A stretch of DNA of 32,000 nucleotides from Candidatus Brocadia sp. Its GTDB lineage: Bacteria; Planctomycetota; Brocadiia; Brocadiales; Brocadiaceae. A program made the translations under genes and the position numbers. This document shows positions 14,338 to 22,372 of the stretch, piece after piece (the stretch's first letter is position 1; every line of letters begins with the position of its first letter). The notes below the pieces were generated by a model. The model worked only from the letters and a program-made list of their open reading frames with translations, did no database searches and was not told the DNA's origin. The stretch covers positions 2,160,001 to 2,192,000 of the forward strand of contig CP091279.1 in NCBI GenBank assembly GCA_021650915.1, written 5' to 3'.

Positions 14338-15533
14338 TGGTCACCTCCCGTGGCGTCTACATCAAAGGAACAACTGTCCTTCCATTCCTTCTGTGGAGCG
14401 CTCATTATAATTCTACCGCCTAGATTGTCACTGTACTTAATGTATGCAATACTGCGTTCCCTGGTATTCAGTATTTTTGCGCGCAGTGCACGGCGAATGC
14501 CTATGGATTCCTCTCCCTTAAGGTAGAAAAGACATTCGCCATGGCGGGCCATCTTATTGGCATGCTCATAAGCGGCCTCACGGTCGTTTGCATCTTTGAG
14601 CACACACTGGAACTCCATAGCATAGTACGTAAGACCCAATCGAAGTTTCTTGTCATCAGGGTAGGTAAAGTGGATGTACCTTTGAATGTCATCACGCACC
14701 CCATCACCATCCGTATCGATCCCAAGCAGGGTCTTCTTTCCTGCCTCTCCGGGATCAGGCGGAAGGATCACTCCCGTGTCATCATCCGGAGTTGATGCAT
14801 TACAGTCATCATCAACGCCATTCTTCTTTATCTCGGTAGCTCCCGGATTTACCGCGGCATTGGTGTCGTCACAGTCGGTATTGTTGGCAACAGAGCCCGC
14901 AGGTTGACTACATGCCGTTGTGGCAACCTGTGGGTTCCCATATCCGTCACCATCAGCATCTTCGTAAAACGTGGTCGTTAGTCCCTCATCAATCTGTCCG
15001 TCGCAGTTATTGTCCACCCCATCACATATTTCCTTAGCGGCTGGGTTTACAGAGGCGTTGTTATCATCACAATCCTTCACCTTCGCATACCCGTCGCCAT
15101 CCAGATCATCATCCGGCGTCGATGCGTTGCAGTCATCGTCCTTACCGTTGTAAGGTATTTCCGTAGCGCCTGGGTTCACGGTCGCATCATTGTCATCGCA
15201 ATCAGTTTTTCTGGAATACCCATCGCTATCACCATCACAATGACCACTCCCATCATCGTCATCGTCATCGTCTTTGTCATCCTTGTCCTTGTGTTTGCAT
15301 TTGTTGTTGTGCTTGTGCTTATTCTTTCTTTTTTTCCTCTTATCATCCTCCTTGTTTTTATCATCGTCGTGTACCCCCTGTTTCTTATCGGTAATGTCAT
15401 CGACGTCATCATCATTATCATGAACGGGTGAGCCAGAGTTATCAGCATCATTCCCCCGTGCATGATTTGCAGATACCCATGCAACCAAGCAGTACAACAA
15501 AAGAACAACGAGCCCACCTTTAACGATATGCAT
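14334..15533 (-). CDS. Secreted protein: D/K-rich low-complexity region, three MopE-type 'putative metal-binding' Cys/Asp repeats, and an unknown C-terminal domain
   Basis: Signal peptide GLVVLLLYCLVAWVSANHA. Three DCDDxxAxVNPxAxEI....DxxC units are present (DCDDNDATVNPGATEIPYNGKDDDC, DCDDNNASVNPAAKEICDGVDNNCDG, DCDDTNAAVNPGATEIKKNGVDDDC). I moved the start to ATG 15533, because SD AAGGAGG lies 6 nt upstream; the ORF-track start was TTG 15539. Confidence 0.75.
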   Translation of the reverse strand: MHIVKGGLVVLLLYCLVAWVSANHARGNDADNSGSPVHDNDDDVDDITDKKQGVHDDDKNKEDDKRKKRKNKHKHNNKCKHKDKDDKDDDDDDDGSGHCDGDSDGYSRKTDCDDNDATVNPGATEIPYNGKDDDCNASTPDDDLDGDGYAKVKDCDDNNASVNPAAKEICDGVDNNCDGQIDEGLTTTFYEDADGDGYGNPQVATTACSQPAGSVANNTDCDDTNAAVNPGATEIKKNGVDDDCNASTPDDDTGVILPPDPGEAGKKTLLGIDTDGDGVRDDIQRYIHFTYPDDKKLRLGLTYYAMEFQCVLKDANDREAAYEHANKMARHGECLFYLKGEESIGIRRALRAKILNTRERSIAYIKYSDNLGGRIIMSAPQKEWKDSCSFDVDATGGDQ

Positions 15534-15822
15534 AAACAACCTCCTTCTTATCCTAAAAGGTTAACGAAACTATGTCAGGCGAGACGCATCTGAGCACAAA
15601 TGGTATTCCAAACCTATCTTCAAAAAGAATAAAGTGGTGAGGTGTTTTTAACAGCAAGAATCTTCAACAGTTAAAACAACCGGGTGAAAATGGGGCAGGA
15701 AGGAGCACTCAAGAAAGCAGGCCACTCTGTACTTATTTGTAATTCCTCATGGCATTTCTGTCCAATCGGCTACCAGTGTTATTTTATCAACGATATGCAG
15801 GCATTATTATTCAATGATATGT

Positions 15823-15850
15823 TTGATATAGCTAAATAATGTGGTATATT
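15823..15850 (+). promoter_or_regulatory. Orphan sigma70-like promoter in the 730-bp intergenic region
   Basis: TTGATA (15823-15828), 16-nt spacer, TATATT (15845-15850) preceded by TGTGG. No ORF of 60 aa or more follows on the + strand. This could be a chance match in AT-rich DNA. Confidence 0.3.
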
Positions 15851-16169
15851 GCCGTGGACATGCCTATTGTGGAGAACAAATTAATAGCCGGCAAAAATCT
15901 ATCGCTCCATCTGAATTGTTAGAGGCGTTGCAGATAAAGCTACCGGAGGCATTACCCAGCCGAAACCTACGGGTAGTCACGAGAAAAACCTTTCCGATCA
16001 ACGAATAAACCAGTAAAATTAAGGCTTTCGTAGCTTCTTTGTTTTTTGCCTTGGAGTGCACCGACGGCTCATTCGGATCAGGTATGCGTCAATTGAAAAG
16101 ATGTTTTTTGCTCAGCAGTAAGCCTTTAGTCGGAAATGATATCCTTTTTCCCGGGAATTTCCGTTTTTC

Positions 16170-16198
16170 TTGATAAAATGCCCTGCCTCTGTTATATT
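16170..16198 (+). promoter_or_regulatory. Sigma70-like promoter upstream of the AsmA-family gene
   Basis: TTGATA (16170-16175), 17-nt spacer, TATATT (16193-16198). About 70 nt upstream of ATG 16270. Confidence 0.45.
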
Positions 16199-16269
16199 AC
16201 AGTGAATTATTTTCTTAACACATGGGAAAATCATAAAGGTCTCATGAAAATCTATAAAGGGTACAAAGC

Positions 16270-18555
16270 ATGAAAAAAATTGTTATTATCGTTTTGAGCA
16301 TCGTTTTTGGTCTTTTCGTATGTGCTGCAGTTGCCCCCTTCGTCATCGATTTAAACAAGCATAAAGGGAAAATCATCGAGATTGCGAAACCATATCTAGC
16401 AAGAGATTTGGATTTTACCGGTATAAAACTCAGTATCGTGAAGGGACTGGGGGTAGAGATTGAAGGACTCAGAATTGCAGAAAACCCGGCGTTTGGGAAA
16501 GGAGATTTTTTGGATATGGGGCGACTGAGGGTAAAGGTGAAATTCCTTCCGCTCCTCAGGAAAGAAATTGAGGTCAAGGAATTGATTCTGGATAAACCTG
16601 TTATACAATTGATAAAAAACGCAAAGGGGGAATTCAATTTCAACGACCTGATGGGGTCACAAGCCAAAGGACCTGAAGATACCGGAGATGCTGCAAAGGA
16701 AGGCAAAGAAGATAAAAAAGCCGGAGAGAGAGGTGAAGACGCCCTTTTTGCAGGATTGGCGGTATCCACCTTTACTTTGCTTCAGGGCAGAATTGATTTC
16801 GTCGATGAATTCACTCAGCAGGGAACGGCTACCACAACTACCATTGACCAGTTAGATATAAAACTTTCCGATGTATCTTTGGACAAGCCGATCCATTTGT
16901 CTATGGCAGCCCGTCTTCCTGATGGGACGAAGCAAAATTTCACGATACAGGGCACGATGGGGCCCTTGGAAAAAACCATTGATATGAACCGGCTTTTTAT
17001 GGATATCGCCCTTCAGGCAAAGGACCTCAACGTAGATCGTATCGTTGCCTTATATCCTTCCATCAGAGAAATGCTGCCAAAGGATACGAATTTTTCAGGC
17101 TTATTGGGCATGGAGATGGTTTCAAAGGGAAATATTGATAACCTCGATGCTCATGGTACTATCGATTTGAAGAACATGGATATTGCCTACGGGGAAACCT
17201 TCCGCAAACCAAAGCTTGTTCCGTGCCAAGTTTCCTTCAATGCCAGGAAAACAGGTGAGGATATACAATTAGATCCAAGCATTGTTACTATGCATACCTT
17301 GTCTCTTACCGCATCGGGGAAAGTGAGTAATTTGAATGACCCGCATTTTGATCTTTCGATGGGGACAGGCGATACCTCCCTGAAGGGGTGGGAATCTCTG
17401 GTTTCCTCCTTAAAGGAATACGAACCTGAGGGAAGTTTTATTCTGCAAACTACCGTAAAAGGGACGTTGAAAGATGCCGCGGCAGAGGTACAATTGTCCT
17501 CTCCAAGACTTGCATTCAAGCTTCCTCTATCTGCAGAAAACGACCAGAGTGCAGCGGCAGGAAAAAGTTTTTTTGAATCCATGAATATGAAAGTTCAGGC
17601 GGTAAAAAAGAATGATGATATCAAAGGCACCGGTAGTCTCGAAGTCAAAACGGGAGAGATTCAGGCTGCGGCTTTTGAAAAGATGCAGGCACAGTTTGAT
17701 TACCAGAACGACATTCTCGGTATTCAGGGATTTCAGGTTCATATCTTGCAGGGAGATATTTCCATGACCGGCGTCGTAGAGACAGGAGAAATGCAATGGA
17801 ACGTGAAACCGGTAGTCAAAAATATCAATATGGCGGAGGCCGTTGATAAATTTACCCAATATGCAGGGCTGTTTAAAGGGACATTTTCCGGGTCTTTTAC
17901 CGCAAACAATTCCGGAGATGACAAGCAGAAGGGAGGCCTTAATGCCAGCGGGTCGTTTCAGATCGACCAAGGTGAAATCATGAATGTAAATCTTGTAGAT
18001 ACGATTATGGAATCTCTTGTGGGGATCAAAGGAATATCCACGTTTTTGAAAAAAGAAGGCAGTCAATTGGAGAAACAAGAGATTACCCGATTCGATTCCA
18101 TGAATGGTGATTTTTCTATGGCCAGCAATACGATCAATCTAAAGAAGGTTGCTTTGCATAATATACATACCGTTGAAGCTACGAGTACCGATGCGCTTAT
18201 AAACGGGTTAATTGACTTCTTTACTAATAAATTAGACATGAAGGGGAAGATCGTTCTTTCACCGGAATATTCTGCGAAGTTAGCCAAAAAGGCAGAACCG
18301 CTCAATGCCCTTCTTGATGCAGAAAGCCGCATGGTTTTGCCGATTTCGGTCGTCGGGAGTCTCGTGAAACCGGTACCTCTCCTTGACATTCCCTATGTAA
18401 CCAGCGCTACGACGAAATATTACGGCAAAAAGGAATTGGAGAAGCTCGGTGAAAAGATAGGGTTGCCAAAAAAAGGAGATAAAGAACAAAAGGGCGGAGA
18501 TCACAACCAAAAAGAATCACCCTTGGGCAATATTTTAAAAGATATTTTGAAATAA
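16270..18555 (+). CDS. AsmA-family outer-membrane biogenesis / lipid-transfer protein
   Basis: 761 aa with an N-terminal anchor (IVIIVLSIVFGLFVCAAVAPFVI). The AsmA-type N-domain is recognisable (DLNKHKGKIIEIAKPYLARDLDFTGIKLSIVKGLGVEIEGLRI ... LLRKEIEVKELILDKPVIQLIKNAKGEFNFNDL). The remainder is long and beta-rich. Confidence 0.8.
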   Translation: MKKIVIIVLSIVFGLFVCAAVAPFVIDLNKHKGKIIEIAKPYLARDLDFTGIKLSIVKGLGVEIEGLRIAENPAFGKGDFLDMGRLRVKVKFLPLLRKEIEVKELILDKPVIQLIKNAKGEFNFNDLMGSQAKGPEDTGDAAKEGKEDKKAGERGEDALFAGLAVSTFTLLQGRIDFVDEFTQQGTATTTTIDQLDIKLSDVSLDKPIHLSMAARLPDGTKQNFTIQGTMGPLEKTIDMNRLFMDIALQAKDLNVDRIVALYPSIREMLPKDTNFSGLLGMEMVSKGNIDNLDAHGTIDLKNMDIAYGETFRKPKLVPCQVSFNARKTGEDIQLDPSIVTMHTLSLTASGKVSNLNDPHFDLSMGTGDTSLKGWESLVSSLKEYEPEGSFILQTTVKGTLKDAAAEVQLSSPRLAFKLPLSAENDQSAAAGKSFFESMNMKVQAVKKNDDIKGTGSLEVKTGEIQAAAFEKMQAQFDYQNDILGIQGFQVHILQGDISMTGVVETGEMQWNVKPVVKNINMAEAVDKFTQYAGLFKGTFSGSFTANNSGDDKQKGGLNASGSFQIDQGEIMNVNLVDTIMESLVGIKGISTFLKKEGSQLEKQEITRFDSMNGDFSMASNTINLKKVALHNIHTVEATSTDALINGLIDFFTNKLDMKGKIVLSPEYSAKLAKKAEPLNALLDAESRMVLPISVVGSLVKPVPLLDIPYVTSATTKYYGKKELEKLGEKIGLPKKGDKEQKGGDHNQKESPLGNILKDILK

Positions 18556-18558
18556 TTG

Positions 18559-18598
18559 TCATGGGATAACCCCTGCGGTTTCCACATGATACTTTTTT
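18559..18598 (+). terminator. Possible intrinsic terminator after the AsmA-family gene
   Basis: TCATGGGA ... TCCaCATGA forms an 8-bp stem with one bulge (18559-18589), followed by ACTTTTTT (T-run 18593-18598). The large loop makes it weak. Confidence 0.35.
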
Positions 18599-18673
18599 CG
18601 TCCTACAGTATTTTCTGAAAAACGTATCTGAAAGTTCACGGCAGCGGATTTTTAAATTCAATAGCCTTATTTA

Positions 18674-19351
18674 TTGCAGAAAGTAACTCCTTTGCATCAA
18701 GATCGAGGTTTTACGCTTATTGAGTTAATTGTAGTTTTGGCGATTATAGGCATTGTGGCCGGTGTTACCATACCCAGATATGCAGGTTCTTTTGATTCTA
18801 TCAGATTCAGGCAATCGATGTCTGACCTGGTGTCCTTTCTCAGAGACGCCCGTATTAAGGCTATGGGGACTGCCGGAGTATACCACGTTACCCTAGATCT
18901 CCACAGAGGTTTTTGCTGGAATGATGATAAAAAGATACTTATACTGCCAAAAAACATTGAAATATTTACGGATAAAATAGAGGCTCAGAATGAACACACA
19001 AAGATATTTGCTTTTTTCCCAAATGGAATGGCGTTGGATGTAAAACTGGGATTCCTGTGCGATACCATGGTTGCGGTGCTACGTGTGGAACCGCTGGGTG
19101 GTTTGGCCTATTATAGGATGGATGAGACGATGGAGCAGGTCGTTCGGTACACAAGAGATGAAACAGAACTGAAGGTAGGGGAATTAGAAAAAGATATTGA
19201 TATATTGAAAGATTCTGATAAATTAACAAGTTATGGGCAGGCCGATGAAATACCTATGGGCAATGATTTTGATTCTGAATTTGAAGATTATGAATACGGA
19301 GATAACGAAGTAGGCTCTTTTGGTGAAGACGACGGGAAAGAAACAGAGTGA
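18674..19351 (+). CDS. Minor pseudopilin, GspH/FimT-like, with a long acidic C-terminal tail
   Basis: Prepilin-type N-terminal motif RGFTLIELIVVLAIIGIVAG, followed by FRQSMSDLVSFLRDARIKAM, typical of the GspH/FimT family. The start is uncertain: TTG 18674 or TTG 18692, the latter giving the leader MHQDRG. Confidence 0.7.
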   Translation: MQKVTPLHQDRGFTLIELIVVLAIIGIVAGVTIPRYAGSFDSIRFRQSMSDLVSFLRDARIKAMGTAGVYHVTLDLHRGFCWNDDKKILILPKNIEIFTDKIEAQNEHTKIFAFFPNGMALDVKLGFLCDTMVAVLRVEPLGGLAYYRMDETMEQVVRYTRDETELKVGELEKDIDILKDSDKLTSYGQADEIPMGNDFDSEFEDYEYGDNEVGSFGEDDGKETE

Positions 19352-19601
19352 GGTATCGGTTCTTTCAGATTTGTTGTAAAAAAGAATTTGTATACCATAG
19401 TAAAAGTTTATCACCTTGCTGTTCTCCGTTTACCACTCAGACAAAGGATTTTAATACATCGTTTGCCGACTTTAAAGGTTTCAGGCTTGGTTATGTTTTA
19501 AATTCTTTTTCATTCGGTGTATTCCCGCATCTACACGGTTACTATAAGTTCAGGCAGAGAATTTATTTTGTAATTTATTACATTATATGGAGTGATTGAA
19601 A

Positions 19602-20039
19602 ATGGGAAACAGGCTAAAGTTGAGTTTGGTGAGGCAGGGCGGTTTTACCTTGCTGGAATTGCTCATTGTTATGATTATTATCGGATTGCTTGCAGCGTTA
19701 ATAGGCCCTAAGATGATCGGTCGTGTCGGTGAATCGCGCCAAACGGTTGCTAAGCAACAAATAGAGGGTTTTTCCAGTGCCCTGGAAATGTATAAACTTG
19801 ACACAACGAAATATCCCACGCAAGAGCAGGGATTGGAAGCGCTGGTAACAGACCCTCAAGGCGTTTCTAATTGGAAAGGTCCGTATTTGAAGAAAAAGCT
19901 CGTTCCAAAGGATCCGTGGGGGAATAATTATGTCTATCTGTGCCCAGGCGAGCATGGAGATTTTGACATAGTGTCGTATGGAGCAGACGGAAATGCCGGC
20001 GGAGAGGGCGAAGATAAAGATGTAATAAGTTGGGAATAG
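19602..20039 (+). CDS. gspG: Type II secretion major pseudopilin GspG
   Basis: GGFTLLELLIVMIIIGLLAALIGP, then QTVAKQQIEGFSSALEMYKLDTTKYPT..GLEALV, and KDPWGNNYVY..PGEHGDFDIVSYGADG, which is the classic GspG signature. ATG 19602 is preferred (GGAG 10 nt upstream) over the ORF-track TTG 19596. Confidence 0.9.
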   Translation: MGNRLKLSLVRQGGFTLLELLIVMIIIGLLAALIGPKMIGRVGESRQTVAKQQIEGFSSALEMYKLDTTKYPTQEQGLEALVTDPQGVSNWKGPYLKKKLVPKDPWGNNYVYLCPGEHGDFDIVSYGADGNAGGEGEDKDVISWE

Positions 20040-20086
20040 CGGCGAAGCGCTGTAAATTTTTTAAGGATATAACGGGTTTTTAACGT

Positions 20087-21781
20087 ATGAACCAAACCGC
20101 GATTAATACTATCGGGGAAGCTTTACTCGAGATCGGCAAAGTGAATCGGACGGATCTTGACCGCGCCTTGGAAGTTCAAAGACAAACGAAACAAAAACTT
20201 GGACGGATTTTGATTGATTTGGGAACGGTTTCTGAGGAAGACCTCCGGCTTGCATATAGCAGATTATTGCAGATACCGATATGGGAAAAAAAGAAAGACG
20301 ACCGGTATCCGTTGGTAGAAAACGTTCCCAAGGTCTTCCTGATGACAAACCGCGTGCTCCCTCTGTGTTTAAATGATGGTGTGCTGGATATTGCCCTTGC
20401 TGACCCTCAGGATTCCTTACTGGCAGAGACGATTGCATTAGCCACAAATAAAGAGATACGAATTTTTGCGGGTTGCGAAAAAGATATTTTAGCCTCCCTC
20501 GAAACAATGTATGAGGGTGAGGTAAAAGAAGAAGATGAGGCAGCTTCCAGTATCGAGGTCATGGAAGATGTAGAGCATTTACGGGACATGGCATCGGAAG
20601 CTCCCGTAATACGCCTTGTAAATAGTATCCTGACGAAGGCTATTGAAATCGGTGCAAGCGATATCCACCTGGAGCTTTTTGAAAGGAACGCGCGTTTGCG
20701 GTATCGTACGGATGGTGTTTTGCAGGAACTTGTGCCTCCTCCGCGTGAACTCTACAATGCGATTATTTCGCGCATTAAAATCATGGCGAAGCTGAATATT
20801 GCCGAAAAACGGTTGCCACAGGATGGCCGAATCAAAATGAAGGTAGCTGGCAAAGAGGTTGACTTAAGGGTCTCAATCATTCCCATGAGTTATGGCGAAG
20901 GTGTGGTAATGAGGATTTTAGACCGGACGGCCGTAACCCTCGACTTGGAAAAACTGGGTTTTAACCAAGAATTTTTAGAAAATTTCCGCAGGATGTTTAA
21001 TAAACCCGAAGGCATGCTGCTGGTGACTGGTCCCACGGGAAGTGGAAAAACGACAACGCTCTATGCCGTTCTTAAAGAGCTGGTTTCTCCGGAGATCAAG
21101 ATTATAACGGTGGAAGATCCGGTAGAATATAGCATGGATGGGGTAAATCAGATCCAGGTGAATCCGCAGATCAACTTAACCTTCGCCTCTGGATTGCGTT
21201 CTATTTTGAGGCACGACCCTGATGTTGTTCTCATAGGAGAAATCAGAGACCGGGAAACAGCATCGATCGCTATCCAGGCTTCTCTAACCGGACACCTTGT
21301 TTTGTCAACACTTCACACGAATGATTCTGCATCGGCGTTTACCCGCTTAATGGATATGGGAATGGAGGATTATCTGATCTCTTCGTGTATTATTGGCGTT
21401 CTTGCACAGCGATTGGTGAGAAAGTTATGCGAGGAATGCCGGGAAGCATTTGTGCCGGGTGAGGATTTACGCCAGACGGTAAGATTGACTGCCGGGGAAT
21501 ATCTATTTACGTCAAAAGGCTGCGATGCATGCAATAATACCGGATTTAAAGGCAGAAAGTGCATAGCTGAGTTTCTCTGTGTGGACGACGCCATACGGCG
21601 GCTCATTCTTGCTCATAAAGATTCCGGTGAGATTATGAAAGAGGCCATCAGGGGTGGAACAAAAAGTTTGTGGATGGACGGGCTGGAATCGGTTCGCAAG
21701 GGAGAAACAACACTGGAGGAGTTATTGCGGGTATCATCAGATACGCAAGAAGAACAGAGAGTCTTTGTGTCCTCCGGCTAA
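20087..21781 (+). CDS. gspE: Type II secretion / type IV pilus assembly ATPase GspE/PulE family
   Basis: N-terminal T2SSE_N-type domain. Walker A GPTGSGKTT, Asp box, Walker B VVLIGEIRD, His box LVLSTLHTND, and a tetracysteine CEEC...CDAC motif. Confidence 0.92.
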   Translation: MNQTAINTIGEALLEIGKVNRTDLDRALEVQRQTKQKLGRILIDLGTVSEEDLRLAYSRLLQIPIWEKKKDDRYPLVENVPKVFLMTNRVLPLCLNDGVLDIALADPQDSLLAETIALATNKEIRIFAGCEKDILASLETMYEGEVKEEDEAASSIEVMEDVEHLRDMASEAPVIRLVNSILTKAIEIGASDIHLELFERNARLRYRTDGVLQELVPPPRELYNAIISRIKIMAKLNIAEKRLPQDGRIKMKVAGKEVDLRVSIIPMSYGEGVVMRILDRTAVTLDLEKLGFNQEFLENFRRMFNKPEGMLLVTGPTGSGKTTTLYAVLKELVSPEIKIITVEDPVEYSMDGVNQIQVNPQINLTFASGLRSILRHDPDVVLIGEIRDRETASIAIQASLTGHLVLSTLHTNDSASAFTRLMDMGMEDYLISSCIIGVLAQRLVRKLCEECREAFVPGEDLRQTVRLTAGEYLFTSKGCDACNNTGFKGRKCIAEFLCVDDAIRRLILAHKDSGEIMKEAIRGGTKSLWMDGLESVRKGETTLEELLRVSSDTQEEQRVFVSSG

Positions 21782-21939
21782 AAAGGGTACAACTTATGGA
21801 GAAAAGGAGCCCTTATTTTTTATTAAGATAATTGACCTTCGTGCCGATACTTTTCAGTACAAAACAGCGACCATAAGTAGTGTAACATTCTTTTTTCACG
21901 GTTTCTTGAATAACGGTTATTATCTAAGGAAGGATAAGT

Positions 21940-22167
21940 ATGTGTCACAAATTTCTTGAATCTATCGGAGTAAACGGAATCGATCTAAAAAAATACCCCA
22001 TGGAACACCTCCCGCGAATACTTCATCTCAGCATGATTATTAAAAATACCTGTTTTTGGATGAAAGACGCAATCATCCCATACCGTTTGTTATTGGCCGA
22101 AGAGCAGGCAAAAATCATTGAGGAATATGTGCAATATATCATTGCCTTTCAACTGAAGGAAGTTTAA
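21940..22167 (+). CDS. Hypothetical small protein (75 aa)
   Basis: The ATG is preceded by AAGGAAGGA at -8. The sequence is helical and amphipathic-looking (EEQAKIIEEYVQYIIAF). No family is recognised. Confidence 0.35.
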   Translation: MCHKFLESIGVNGIDLKKYPMEHLPRILHLSMIIKNTCFWMKDAIIPYRLLLAEEQAKIIEEYVQYIIAFQLKEV

Positions 22168-22342
22168 CGTAACGCTTTCATAAAAGACTCACATACCCAC
22201 CTGCCTCGCCATTTCTGAGATTGTATCAGTTACCCATCGTTGAATTCTTTTCTATGTTTCTCATCGATATTTGCCTGTTGCTACGCTGTTTTTCACTAAA
22301 AAAGGCAAATGCAGGGAAAAAAATACGTCCCTAATAATTACA

Positions 22343-22372
22343 TTGACAGGCACAACCGCTTAATGCTAAATT
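22343..22372 (+). promoter_or_regulatory. Possible sigma70-like promoter upstream of pepA
   Basis: TTGACA (22343-22348), 18-nt spacer, TAAATT (22367-22372) preceded by TGC. Confidence 0.3.

Noticed and set aside
14790-15452. Repetitive DNA, considered as a CRISPR array or non-coding tandem repeat
   Set aside because: The repeats are in-frame protein repeats (three MopE-type units plus a D/K tract) inside one long ORF with a signal peptide. There is no repeat-spacer periodicity.
16242-18661. Minus-strand ORFs 16242..16769, 17187..17582, 17527..18078, 18063..18389, 18280..18510, 18407..18661
   Set aside because: All are antisense to, or overlap, the 761-aa AsmA-family ORF. They have no SD or motifs and a biased Ser/Phe/Pro composition typical of shadow frames.
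19348-19599. 83-aa ORF filling the gspH-like/gspG intergenic region
   Set aside because: Its composition is Cys/Phe/Tyr-rich and it has no SD. It overlaps the preceding gene's stop, and AT-rich DNA of this kind is more likely regulatory.
21782-21830. Intrinsic terminator after gspE (AAGGG...CCCTT followed by a T-run)
   Set aside because: The stem is only 5 bp and the loop is about 20 nt. That is not convincing enough to annotate.
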